From an uncultured Chloroflexia bacterium (lineage in GTDB: Bacteria; Chloroflexota; Limnocylindria; Limnocylindrales; CSP1-4): DNA of 64,000 bases. Positions 40,683 through 49,680 of the stretch are shown here, piece after piece. The first letter of the stretch is position 1, and every line of letters starts with the position of its first letter. A model generated the notes under the pieces. It had not been told where the DNA came from. It did not search any database and saw only the letters and a list, made by a program, of their open reading frames with translations. The position numbers and the translations under genes were made by a program. Location: assembly GCA_963813535.1 (NCBI GenBank), contig CAWEZH010000002.1, positions 416,001 through 480,000 on the forward strand. The letters are read 5' to 3'.

Positions 40683-41105
40683 TCAGCTCGCCGGCTCGAC
40701 GACGATCACGACCGCCGACCATGGGCAGTACCGGTCGCCGGTCACCACTTGCGTCTCGACGTCGGACGGCAGGCCGTCGCACACCTCGATGGTCACAGAC
40801 GCGAACTCGATGTCGTTCGGATCGAGCGACCAGCTGTACCCCTCGTTGACGCCGGTCTCGCGGATGACGCGCCCGTTCGGGATGCTCGGCACGTCCTCGC
40901 CGTTGAGCAGGCGCCGGGCCGTGTCGATGTCGGCGGGCTCGGTCAAGAGCGCCTTGAACCGCTCATCGATGACCTCGAACGTGACGACCACCGGCGCTGC
41001 AGGATCGGGTGAGCCACCGCCCCCGCCGCACGCACCGATCAGCGTTGCGAGGGAGCCCAGGATCGTGATGAGTCGGATCGCCGGTCCCGCGGATCGGACG
41101 GTCAT
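40683..41105 (-). CDS. BP74-related lipoprotein
   Basis: Lipobox LIGAC; YSWSLDP..IEVCDG.P..YCPW motif. Confidence 0.7.
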   Translation of the reverse strand: MTVRSAGPAIRLITILGSLATLIGACGGGGGSPDPAAPVVVTFEVIDERFKALLTEPADIDTARRLLNGEDVPSIPNGRVIRETGVNEGYSWSLDPNDIEFASVTIEVCDGLPSDVETQVVTGDRYCPWSAVVIVVEPAS

Positions 41106-41677
41106 CGACCCTCGGCGATGCGGCGGACGGCCTGGACCGACGACAGCCGCTCGTGGAACTCGGCGCGCACCTCGTTGACGGTGGCCGGGTCGAGCTGCAG
41201 CTCGTTGCCGATCTGGTTGACCTCGGCGGACTCCTCCGCAGAGATCGACCCACTGGCCGCGCTGACGGCGAAGCACGCGCGCAACACGTCGATTCGCTGC
41301 TGTTCGCTGGCCAGGGCGGTGAACTCGCGCGTCACGACGTAGTCCTCGGTCCCACCGACGGTCCGTGCTTGCAGCTTGGCCATCTCCGTCACGAGCACCG
41401 ATGTCGCTTCGTCAAGCGCGCCGTGCGCCTGGAGCTCCCGCTCGATGACCTCGGTCTCCTCGTCGCTGATGTCGAGGTCGGCCTGCGCCGCGCGCGCCAG
41501 CGTGTACGCGGCGGACGCCACGAGGCGCGCCCGTTCAGGGGGCATCTCCTCGAGTCGCGCCACGATCCGTCGGACGGTGGCGGTATCGCCTGCTTCCGAG
41601 GCGGCGTCGAACGCCTGGGTCTGAAGGTCGGCCGCCCGTTCGTGTTCGCGGCCCGGTCCGAAGATCTTTTGAAACAT
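41102..41677 (-). CDS. TerB family (tellurite resistance/DjlA-N-like) protein
   Basis: ARAAQADLDISDEE and FAVSAASGSISAEE..IGNEL repeats typical of TerB. Confidence 0.8.
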   Translation of the reverse strand: MFQKIFGPGREHERAADLQTQAFDAASEAGDTATVRRIVARLEEMPPERARLVASAAYTLARAAQADLDISDEETEVIERELQAHGALDEATSVLVTEMAKLQARTVGGTEDYVVTREFTALASEQQRIDVLRACFAVSAASGSISAEESAEVNQIGNELQLDPATVNEVRAEFHERLSSVQAVRRIAEGR

Positions 41678-41684
41678 GGCGCGG

Positions 41685-41694
41685 AGTCTACGCT
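41685..41694. promoter_or_regulatory. Bidirectional overlapping -10 elements driving two leaderless genes
   Basis: AGTCTACGCT: TAGACT on - lies 7 nt before ATG 41677, and TACGCT on + lies 6 nt before ATG 41701. Confidence 0.65.
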
Positions 41695-41700
41695 GTCGGC

Positions 41701-42903
41701 ATGAGGTTGCTCTTCCGCGATGTCGGGCTCATCGACGGCATCGCCGACGCGGCTCGGCAGCACGTCGACGTGACGGTCGATGGCGAGCGGATCGTGGCCG
41801 TCGAGCGCCACGAGCCGACACGTGCCATCGAACCTGGCACGACCGTCGTCGACGGCTCCGGGCGGACCCTGGTGCCCGGTCTGATCGACGCCCATGCCCA
41901 CTACACATTCGACCCCAGCGAGGGCTCGCTGCAGGCGATTTCCGCGCGGAGTGACGACGAGATCCTCGAGTCTGCGAGGGCCCATGCCGCCCGGGCGCTG
42001 CGGGCGGGTATCACCTCGGCGCGTGGCGCCGGATCGATCCGCAACCTCGAGTGCGTGCTCCGCGACGCCATCGCCGCGGGCCAGACCCCGGGGCCGCGCC
42101 TCATCGTGGCCGGGACCGCTGTCGGTTCCCGGGGAGGTCATGGCTCCGCGTTCGGGCTCGAGGCGCAGGGGCCGGCGGGTCTTGCCGAGGCGACCAAGCA
42201 GGTCATCGCGAGCGGCGCCGACGTCGTGAAGGTCGTCGCGTCCGAGGCGGCGATGCTCACTACCACGGGGCTCGCTCCCGGCGTCATGGTCCACGGCGCA
42301 CCCGAACTGACCCTCGATGAGCTTCGGGCGGTCGTTTCGACCGCGGGCGAGCACGGTCGTCGCGTGATGAGCCATGCTCAGGACAGCGAATCGGTCCGCC
42401 GGTCGGCGGCCGCCCACGTCGCGTCGATCGAGCATGCGTGGCTGGCCGACGAGACCGCGATCGAGGCCGTCCGCGCGTCCGGCGCGTGGCTCGTGCCGAC
42501 ACTCGTCGTGACCGACGTCAACCGCACCTTGCCGGGCTTGACGCCGGTCCAGCGCGAGCGACAGGACCTGATCGAGACGCGCCATCGCGTCTCGACGGAG
42601 ACCGCGATCCGGCTCGGTGTCCCACTGGCGACCGGCACCGATACGGGTGAGGTCGGCGTGACCGCCGACATGGTGTGGCACGAGATCGCGCTCCTTCGCG
42701 ACCATGGCGCGACGCCGATGGTGGCGCTCCAGGCGGCGACGTCGTCGGCAGCCCGTCTGCTGGGCATCGATATGGACACCGGCTCGATCGAGGCTGGCAA
42801 GCTCGCCGATCTCGTGCTGTTCGACGGTGACCCGCTCGTGGACCTGGCGGTCCTCGCGCGGCCGGTCGGGGTCTGGCAGGGAGGTCGTTCGGTCAGCGCT
42901 TGA
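41701..42903 (+). CDS. Amidohydrolase family protein (Xaa-Pro dipeptidase-like)
   Basis: PGLIDAHAH, GADVVK, SHA, SIEHA, GTDTG and GKLADLV motifs. Confidence 0.92.
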   Translation: MRLLFRDVGLIDGIADAARQHVDVTVDGERIVAVERHEPTRAIEPGTTVVDGSGRTLVPGLIDAHAHYTFDPSEGSLQAISARSDDEILESARAHAARALRAGITSARGAGSIRNLECVLRDAIAAGQTPGPRLIVAGTAVGSRGGHGSAFGLEAQGPAGLAEATKQVIASGADVVKVVASEAAMLTTTGLAPGVMVHGAPELTLDELRAVVSTAGEHGRRVMSHAQDSESVRRSAAAHVASIEHAWLADETAIEAVRASGAWLVPTLVVTDVNRTLPGLTPVQRERQDLIETRHRVSTETAIRLGVPLATGTDTGEVGVTADMVWHEIALLRDHGATPMVALQAATSSAARLLGIDMDTGSIEAGKLADLVLFDGDPLVDLAVLARPVGVWQGGRSVSA

Positions 42904-43354
42904 GCAGGTCGTGCACCTCCGGCTCGGGGCCCTGCCAGCGCACGACCTCCTCCGTCGCGAATCGACCGTAGAAGTTGATGAAGTGGCCGCCGAGCTCGCG
43001 CAGGATGCCGATCGCCTGGGTCTTCCTGTCGTCACCGCGGACGCGGACCATGACCACCGCCTGCCCGGCACGGATCGCGGCGTCGTACCAGGCCATATCG
43101 GGGAGCTGATCCATCACCGTGAACGACACGATCCGCCGGAGACGCGTGAACAGGCCATGCATCGCCCCGGTCGGGTCGAACCGGGAGGCGCCCTCGTCAC
43201 CGCGCAGGACCGTGATGTCGCGGTCGGGGATGCCGGCCGCCTTCAGGGCAGCCGCGGCTGTCGCGGCATGTTCCGCGTCGGGCAGCACCGCGAGCAGCAA
43301 ATCGGTCGGGTAGCCGATGAAGCGGGACGTGCGCCGTCGGCCTGGTCGGTCCAT
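42893..43354 (-). CDS. Hypothetical protein
   Basis: Typical codon usage; TATCCT 6 nt upstream of ATG 43354 (leaderless). Confidence 0.7.
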   Translation of the reverse strand: MDRPGRRRTSRFIGYPTDLLLAVLPDAEHAATAAAALKAAGIPDRDITVLRGDEGASRFDPTGAMHGLFTRLRRIVSFTVMDQLPDMAWYDAAIRAGQAVVMVRVRGDDRKTQAIGILRELGGHFINFYGRFATEEVVRWQGPEPEVHDLLKR

Positions 43355-43428
43355 GGCCCGAGGATAGCGAGGCGTGCGCGAGCGGCGTTCGATCGGACGC
43401 CTCGAGTCCGTTTGCACCGGCGCGAAGG

Positions 43429-43514
43429 TGGTGCCGAAGGAGGGATTCGAACCCTCAACCACTTGCGTGGAGCGGTGTTTGAGACCGCCGCGTATGCCGT
43501 TCCGCCACTTCGGC
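43429..43514 (-). tRNA. tRNA-Leu(CAA)
   Basis: GCCGAAG acceptor stem, GCGGT-CT-CAA-AC-ACCGC anticodon arm, long variable arm, GGTTCGAATCC T-loop, encoded CCA. Confidence 0.96.
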
Positions 43515-43670
43515 CCGAGTTGACATCGTAGCCGGTCGTGGCACTGGCGCCGGCGCACCACGCACCGGTCGAAGCGGAACCAGCGTTCGCGGGCCTGCGT
43601 CTGGCGACCGATGCTAGACTCCCCGGGCCTCACGTCAGCCACTATCGCCGTCCGGAGGGACCCCCCGACC

Positions 43671-44282
43671 GTGGAGGAGGACCTTCGCTCGACGACGGTC
43701 CCCGACGACCCCGTCCAGCGCCGCGATCTCATCCTCATCGAGCGAGCCCGAGATGGCGACCTCGACGCGTTCAACGACCTCGTCGTGCTGTACCAGGACT
43801 CCCTGTTCGCCCTGGTGGTCCGCATGGTCCCCGATCGCGATCAGGCGTCCGACGCGGTCCAGGAGGCGTTCTTCTCCGCCTACCGCAACCTCGCGTCGTT
43901 CCGTGGCGGCAGCGTCAAGTCGTGGCTGAACCGCATCTGCGTCAACGCGGCGATGGACACCCAACGAGCACGGAAGCGCCGCCCCGTGCAGCCCTATCCC
44001 GAGCTCGAGGACGAGAGCTGGCAGCCGAAGGCCGGCGACGAGGTCGATCCCGAGCGGATCGCGGTCCAGGCCGAACGGAGTCGCGTGCTCGCGGCGGCGC
44101 TGGCGCACATCACCGACGACCAGCGGACCGCCATCGTCCTGTACGACGTCGAGGGCTACGACTACGCCGAGATCGCAGAGATGACGGGCGTCTCGCTCGG
44201 GACGGTCAAGTCGCGGATCCACCGCGGTCGACTGTCGCTGCGCGACATCCTCGTGGATCGCATGGACCTGTTCCGTGGCTGA
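43671..44282 (+). CDS. ECF RNA polymerase sigma factor
   Basis: DAVQEAFFSAYR, SWLNRICVN and YAEIAEMTGVSLGTVKSRIHRGR motifs; extended -10 TGcTAGACT at 43612-43620. Confidence 0.93.
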   Translation: MEEDLRSTTVPDDPVQRRDLILIERARDGDLDAFNDLVVLYQDSLFALVVRMVPDRDQASDAVQEAFFSAYRNLASFRGGSVKSWLNRICVNAAMDTQRARKRRPVQPYPELEDESWQPKAGDEVDPERIAVQAERSRVLAAALAHITDDQRTAIVLYDVEGYDYAEIAEMTGVSLGTVKSRIHRGRLSLRDILVDRMDLFRG

Positions 44283-44820
44283 TCGGACCTCGCACGCCCG
44301 TCACGATCGGTTCGCGATCGCTGAGGCCATCGGCGGCGCGATGATGCCGTCCACCGTGCGTACTTGCCCGGCCTGCGGGGCGCTCCACCGCGACCTCCAG
44401 TCGCTTCGAGCGGCGTTCCGTGTGGCCTGGACGCCGCGCCGTCCACGCGACCTCCTGCTGACTACGGGCGATGTGGCCCGACTGCGACCGACACCCTGGC
44501 GACGCCTGCTCGGGTCGATCGGTTCGCCACGCGACGCCGTGACCCGCCCATTAGCGATCGGCTTCACTGCAGTGGGTCTTGTCGGACTGCTCCTGACCAG
44601 CATGCCACTTGGTGCTGTCGGCGGGAGCGCAGCGAGCTCGCCGTCGGTCGAGAGCATGTCCGCCACCGAACCATCGGGGACGCCCGCCAGCGACCAGCGT
44701 GTCGTCGGCGAGGCGACGGCCCCGAACCCGGTCGTGCTCGTTTCCGTCGGATCCGTGGCACTCGGCGGTTCGATCTTCGCACTGCGCCGCGTCACATCGC
44801 GCTCGAACCGGGTGCGATGA
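44275..44820 (+). CDS. Putative zinc-binding membrane anti-sigma factor, paralog 1
   Basis: Overlaps the sigma stop; HxxHD...CPAC, PRDLLL, TM helix and C-terminal TM. Confidence 0.65.
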   Translation: MADRTSHARHDRFAIAEAIGGAMMPSTVRTCPACGALHRDLQSLRAAFRVAWTPRRPRDLLLTTGDVARLRPTPWRRLLGSIGSPRDAVTRPLAIGFTAVGLVGLLLTSMPLGAVGGSAASSPSVESMSATEPSGTPASDQRVVGEATAPNPVVLVSVGSVALGGSIFALRRVTSRSNRVR

Positions 44821-44860
44821 TGCGGAACCACGCACGAGGCGACGTCGTCTCACCTTCGAC

Positions 44861-45625
44861 ATGACCGACGCACACCCCTCGACCACGGCCGCCCACGCCG
44901 CCCACGCCGCCCACGACCTGACCGTCGTGGCGGCCCTGGCGACGCGCGACCGCGATCTCGATCGATCGACGGCCGACGCCGCGCGGGTGCTGGTCGCGTC
45001 CTGCACCGCCTGCGCCGACGTCCTGGCCGACCTTGTGTCGCTCCAGGCGGCCATCCCGACCACCTCGACGCCTGCCCGGCCTCGCGACTTCACGCTGACC
45101 GACGCGGACGCCGCCCGGCTCCGCAGGACCGGTTGGCGCCGGTTCCTCGGGTTCTTCGGTTCGGCGCGCGACGGCGTCAGCCGCCCCCTGGCGATCGGCC
45201 TGACGACGATCGGCCTGGCCGGCCTCATGGTCGCGACGCTGCCCTCGATGTTCATGGCCAGTGGCGGCACCTCCGTGCTCGCCCCGGTCGGTGCTCCCGT
45301 CGAGCAGGCCCAGCCAGCCGCCGGGGGTGCCGTTGACGCCTATGGATCCGACAAGCTCACGATGAGTGGCGAGCCTGCCCCGAGCGACGGCGTCAGGGGC
45401 GAAGCCGCCGCCAGCGGGGCTGCCGCCAGCGAGCCGGCCGATGGCGGCGTGTTCAGCGGCGCCAATCCCGACGAGATCGGGCGGCTGGACACGACCGGTG
45501 ACAGCGCGGCCGCGCTCCGTGATGACGCGTCCGGGCTGTCCGTGCTGTTCGTCATCGCCGGCATGCTGCTGATCGCCGGCATCGGCCTGTTCGGTCTCCG
45601 CTGGAGCGCTCGCCGACTACGCTGA
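44861..45625 (+). CDS. Putative zinc-binding membrane anti-sigma factor, paralog 2
   Basis: HAAHD...CTAC, PRDFTL, RPLAIGL TM and C-terminal TM; clearly similar to the previous gene. Confidence 0.7.
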   Translation: MTDAHPSTTAAHAAHAAHDLTVVAALATRDRDLDRSTADAARVLVASCTACADVLADLVSLQAAIPTTSTPARPRDFTLTDADAARLRRTGWRRFLGFFGSARDGVSRPLAIGLTTIGLAGLMVATLPSMFMASGGTSVLAPVGAPVEQAQPAAGGAVDAYGSDKLTMSGEPAPSDGVRGEAAASGAAASEPADGGVFSGANPDEIGRLDTTGDSAAALRDDASGLSVLFVIAGMLLIAGIGLFGLRWSARRLR

Positions 45626-45690
45626 ACCCGTCGATCGGCGAGCCCAGCGGCAGCCGGTCGCGCGACCCCGACGGGTACACTGTCCACCCG

Positions 45691-48633
45691 ATGGAACGCC
45701 TGATGCTGCTCGACGGCTACGGGCTGGTCTACCGCGGATACTTCGCTCTCCCGCCGCTCACCACGTCCAAGGGTGAGCTCGTGAACGGCGTGTTCGGGTT
45801 CGCCAGCATCGTCCTGCGCGGTATCGCGGATCTCCAGCCCGATTACCTCGCGGTCTCGTTCGACCTGCCCGGTCCGACGTTCCGGCACGAGCAGTACGCG
45901 GACTACAAGGCGACCCGCGTCAAGATGCCCGACGACCTGCGCGACCAGTTCCCGAAGGTGCGCGAGGTCGTCAAGGCGCTGCGGATCCCGGTCTACGAGA
46001 TGGCGGGCTATGAGGCCGACGACGTCATCGGCACGATCACCCAGCAGCTAGATCCGAAGGACGACCTCGAGACGACGATCGTCACGGTCGACCTCGACAT
46101 GCTCCAGCTGGTGACCCCCCGCGTCCGCCTGATGACCACGCGCTCCGGTGTCGAGAACACCGTCATGTACGACGTCGCGCGCATCGATGAGCGGTTCGGG
46201 CTGCGACCGGACCAGATGATCGACTACAAGGCGCTCAAGGGCGACCCCACCGACAACATCCCCGGCGTCCCAGGGGTGGGCGAGAAGACCGCCGCGAAAC
46301 TCATCCGGGAGTTCGGCGACCTCGAGAGCCTGTTCACGCGCATCGATGACGTGACGCCTGAGAAGCTTCGCGAGAAGCTGCGCGACCATCGCGAGCAGGT
46401 CTTCATGGGCCGCGACCTGTCGACGATCGTTCGGGACCTTCCGATCGAGATCGACCTCGAGGCGGCCCGCCTCGGCGACTACGACCGCGACACGGTCGTC
46501 CGGTTGTTCCGCGAATACGAGTTCCGCACGCTGATCGAGCGCTTGCCGCCGATGGCGGGCGAGACGGCGGAGGAGCGGACCGAGCGCCTGAAGTCCGTGG
46601 CGGAGAGCGGCTACGTGCCGGCTGCCCGCGTGGCTGGCCGACCCGAAGGCTGGGGTCCGGGCCGTGCCACGGGCCGGCCGGCCAGCACCGAACTCCAGCT
46701 CCGACTCGATTTCGACGCGGTCGGCACCCCATCCGGGGACGGCACGGCCCCGCGCGCCGGAGGAATCGCCGCGGCCGGACCGTTCGAGCCGACCGACGAC
46801 CTGCCGGCCGCGCTGGCGGCCGCGATCCTCGATCCCGGGCGCATCGAGGTCGCCGACGAGAGCAGGATCCCAGAGCTTGAATCATGGTTGCTCGCGCAAC
46901 CGGCGGTCGGCGTGGCCCTCGTGCAGGACGATCCACGACCCCGCCGGGGCACGCCGCTCGCTCTCGCAGTCGTCGGCACCGACGGAAGAGCGGTCGCAGC
47001 GGACGGGCCGGACGCCGCCCACGCGCTCCGCCACATGCTCGAGCGACTGCGCATCCCGCTCGTCGGGCACGAGGTCAAGCCCGTGCTCGTCGCCGGTCTC
47101 GCCGACGATCCTGCGGTGGAGCCCATCCCGGTCGCTGTCGACACGCAGGTCGCGGCGTACATCCTCAACGCGGCGCTCCGGAGCCAGACCATCGCCGACA
47201 TCGTGGCCGAGCACCTCGACCAGATCCTGCCGCCGGCCGTCGAGCTGCCGCCGACCGCGCGGGCGGGCCTCGAAGCGCTCTCGGCGATGGCCGTGCGCGA
47301 GCCACTGGAGCAGCGCTTGAGCGAGATCGACGGTCTCGAGCGACTGTTCCGGGAAGTCGAGATCCCGTTGATCCCGGTGCTCGCGCGGATGGAGGCCACC
47401 GGGGTCGCCCTGGATCGCGAGGCGCTCGACGTGCTGCATCGCGAGTTCAGCACTGAGATCGCCCGTCTCGAGCAGGAGATCTACGTCGACGTCGGTCATG
47501 AGTTCAACCTCGGCAGTCCCAAGCAGCTCGAGCAGGTCCTGTTCTTCGAGCTGAACCTGCCGAAGGGTCGCAAGACCAAGACGGGCTACTCGACCGACGC
47601 ATCGGTCCTCGAGGAGCTGCGCCCCGCCCACCCGATGGTCGACAAGCTCCTCGAGTGGCGGGTCTACACGAAGCTCCGCTCGACCTACGTCGAGGCGCTG
47701 CCGACGCTGATCGCCGGCGACGGGCGACTGCACACGACCTTCCACCAGGCGGTCGCGGCGACCGGTCGCCTGTCCTCGTCGGACCCGAACCTACAGAACA
47801 TCCCGATCCGGACCGAGCTCGGCCGGCGGATCCGGCGCGCATTCGTGGCCGGCGAGCCGGACCTCGTGCTGCTGGCAGCCGACTACTCCCAGATCGAGTT
47901 GCGGATCCTTGCCCACGTCTCGGGCGACGAGCATCTCAAGGACGCCTTCGCCCGCGGCGCCGACATCCATCGTGAGACCGCCGCACGGGTGCTCGGCAAG
48001 GCTCCGGAGGACATCACCCACGGCGAGCGGTCGATGGCCAAGATGGTCAACTTCGGGCTGGCCTACGGCATGAGCGACTTTGGCCTCGCCTCGCGCGCGA
48101 ACATCTCGCGCCAGGACGCGCAGACGTTCATCAACAGCTACTTCACGGCGTATTCAGGGATCAGCTACTACATGATGGCGATCAAGGACCAGGCACGGGA
48201 CCAGGGCTTCGTCGAGACCCTGCTGGGCAGGAAACGGCAGATCCCCGAGCTGCGTGCCTCCAACCCGGCCCTGCGCGGGGCAGGGGAGCGGATGGCCATC
48301 AACATGCCCATCCAAGGCACGGCCGCCGATATCCAGAAGATCGCGATGATCCGGGTCGAGGCAGCCGTCCGCGAGGCGGGTCTGCGAGCACGGCTGCTGC
48401 TGTCCGTCCACGACGAGCTGCTGTTCGAGGTGCCGCGCGACGAGGTCGAGGCACTGGCTGCCGTGGTTCGCGAGCAGATGGAGGGCGCGCTGCCCCTGTC
48501 GGTCCCGCTGGTGGTGGACATCAAGGTCGGCGATGACTGGGAGTCGATGACGCCACTGACGCGCGCGGACGCCGTCGCTGCCGAGGCCGACGAGTTGCCG
48601 CTGGAGGCGCCGGTCGCCCCGTTGGCGTCCTAG
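45691..48633 (+). CDS. polA: DNA polymerase I
   Basis: 5'-3' exonuclease LLDGY..YEADD..GDPTDNIPG; TGRLSSSDPNLQNIP, ADYSQIELR, KMVNFGLAYG and VHDEL motifs. Confidence 0.98.
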   Translation: MERLMLLDGYGLVYRGYFALPPLTTSKGELVNGVFGFASIVLRGIADLQPDYLAVSFDLPGPTFRHEQYADYKATRVKMPDDLRDQFPKVREVVKALRIPVYEMAGYEADDVIGTITQQLDPKDDLETTIVTVDLDMLQLVTPRVRLMTTRSGVENTVMYDVARIDERFGLRPDQMIDYKALKGDPTDNIPGVPGVGEKTAAKLIREFGDLESLFTRIDDVTPEKLREKLRDHREQVFMGRDLSTIVRDLPIEIDLEAARLGDYDRDTVVRLFREYEFRTLIERLPPMAGETAEERTERLKSVAESGYVPAARVAGRPEGWGPGRATGRPASTELQLRLDFDAVGTPSGDGTAPRAGGIAAAGPFEPTDDLPAALAAAILDPGRIEVADESRIPELESWLLAQPAVGVALVQDDPRPRRGTPLALAVVGTDGRAVAADGPDAAHALRHMLERLRIPLVGHEVKPVLVAGLADDPAVEPIPVAVDTQVAAYILNAALRSQTIADIVAEHLDQILPPAVELPPTARAGLEALSAMAVREPLEQRLSEIDGLERLFREVEIPLIPVLARMEATGVALDREALDVLHREFSTEIARLEQEIYVDVGHEFNLGSPKQLEQVLFFELNLPKGRKTKTGYSTDASVLEELRPAHPMVDKLLEWRVYTKLRSTYVEALPTLIAGDGRLHTTFHQAVAATGRLSSSDPNLQNIPIRTELGRRIRRAFVAGEPDLVLLAADYSQIELRILAHVSGDEHLKDAFARGADIHRETAARVLGKAPEDITHGERSMAKMVNFGLAYGMSDFGLASRANISRQDAQTFINSYFTAYSGISYYMMAIKDQARDQGFVETLLGRKRQIPELRASNPALRGAGERMAINMPIQGTAADIQKIAMIRVEAAVREAGLRARLLLSVHDELLFEVPRDEVEALAAVVREQMEGALPLSVPLVVDIKVGDDWESMTPLTRADAVAAEADELPLEAPVAPLAS

Positions 48634-48642
48634 GGCCGTCGC

Positions 48643-49680
48643 ATGCCCGAGCTCCCCGAGGTCGAGACCGTCGCGCGCGACCTCCGACCGCGTTTGGTCG
48701 GGGCGACCATCGTCGGTGCCCGGACGAATTGGGTGCGCACGCTCCGATCCCAGGATCCGATCTCATTCGCCGAAGGCGTCACAGGCCGATCGGTGCTGGC
48801 GGTGGGTCGACGCGGCAAGCAGGTCGTCGTCGACCTGAGCGATGACGCCGCGCTGACCGTCCATCTCAAGATGACCGGCCAGTTGTTCGTGGTCCCGCCG
48901 GACCTGCCGGAAGATCGGTACATCCGTCTCGTCCTCGAGCTCGCCGACGGCCGCGAGCTGCGCTTCCGCGATATCCGCAAGTTCGGCAGGATCGGGTTGT
49001 ACGGTCGCGACCCGGTCACAGGCGAGCTGGTCGACGAGGTCGGTGGTGCGTCCGTGTTCGCCGGCGTCGGACCGGAACCGCTCGATGACGCGTTCACGCT
49101 GCGCGACTTCCGCCGGCGGATCCGTCGTCGCAAGGGCCGGCTCAAGCCCCTGCTCACCGACCAGGCCTTCCTCGCCGGCGTCGGCAACATCTACGCGGAC
49201 GAGGCGCTCTGGCGCGCACGACTGCATCCGCTCCGGTCAGCGTCGTCGCTGCGACCGCCCGACGAGCGCCGGCTCTACGAGGCGGTCCGGGAGGTGTTGG
49301 GCGAGGCCATCGAACGTCGCGGTTCCTCGATCGACGACTACACCGCGCCGGATGGGGACGGCTCGATGCAGGAGCGCCTCGACGTGTACCAGCGGACCGG
49401 CGAGCCATGCGCCCGCTGCGGTCACCCGATCAAGCGGATCGTGATCGGGGCACGGTCGACCCACTTCTGCTCATGGTGTCAGCGCCTGTCGGCTGCCGAC
49501 CGGAAAGGTGCGGCGGCGATCCTGCTCTCCATGACCGGCGGAGGGGTGCGCCGCGGACGACGCTGGACGGAGCTTGACGACGGGGGCCAGGAGGGCGCCG
49601 CGACGCTCGCCCGGACCGACCGCACCCGCCGCGCCGCGGCGACGCGTCGCGCTGCCGCGCGCGACGCAGCGGGCAGCTGA
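48643..49680 (+). CDS. mutM: Formamidopyrimidine-DNA glycosylase
   Basis: MPELPEVETV, HLKMTG, GVGNIYADE and zinc finger CARC..CSWCQ; Arg-rich C-terminal tail. Confidence 0.96.
   Translation: MPELPEVETVARDLRPRLVGATIVGARTNWVRTLRSQDPISFAEGVTGRSVLAVGRRGKQVVVDLSDDAALTVHLKMTGQLFVVPPDLPEDRYIRLVLELADGRELRFRDIRKFGRIGLYGRDPVTGELVDEVGGASVFAGVGPEPLDDAFTLRDFRRRIRRRKGRLKPLLTDQAFLAGVGNIYADEALWRARLHPLRSASSLRPPDERRLYEAVREVLGEAIERRGSSIDDYTAPDGDGSMQERLDVYQRTGEPCARCGHPIKRIVIGARSTHFCSWCQRLSAADRKGAAAILLSMTGGGVRRGRRWTELDDGGQEGAATLARTDRTRRAAATRRAAARDAAGS

Noticed and set aside
43429-43514. tRNA-Leu as an integration site
   Set aside because: No duplicate of its 3' end and no integrase found in the window; flanking genes look like core genome
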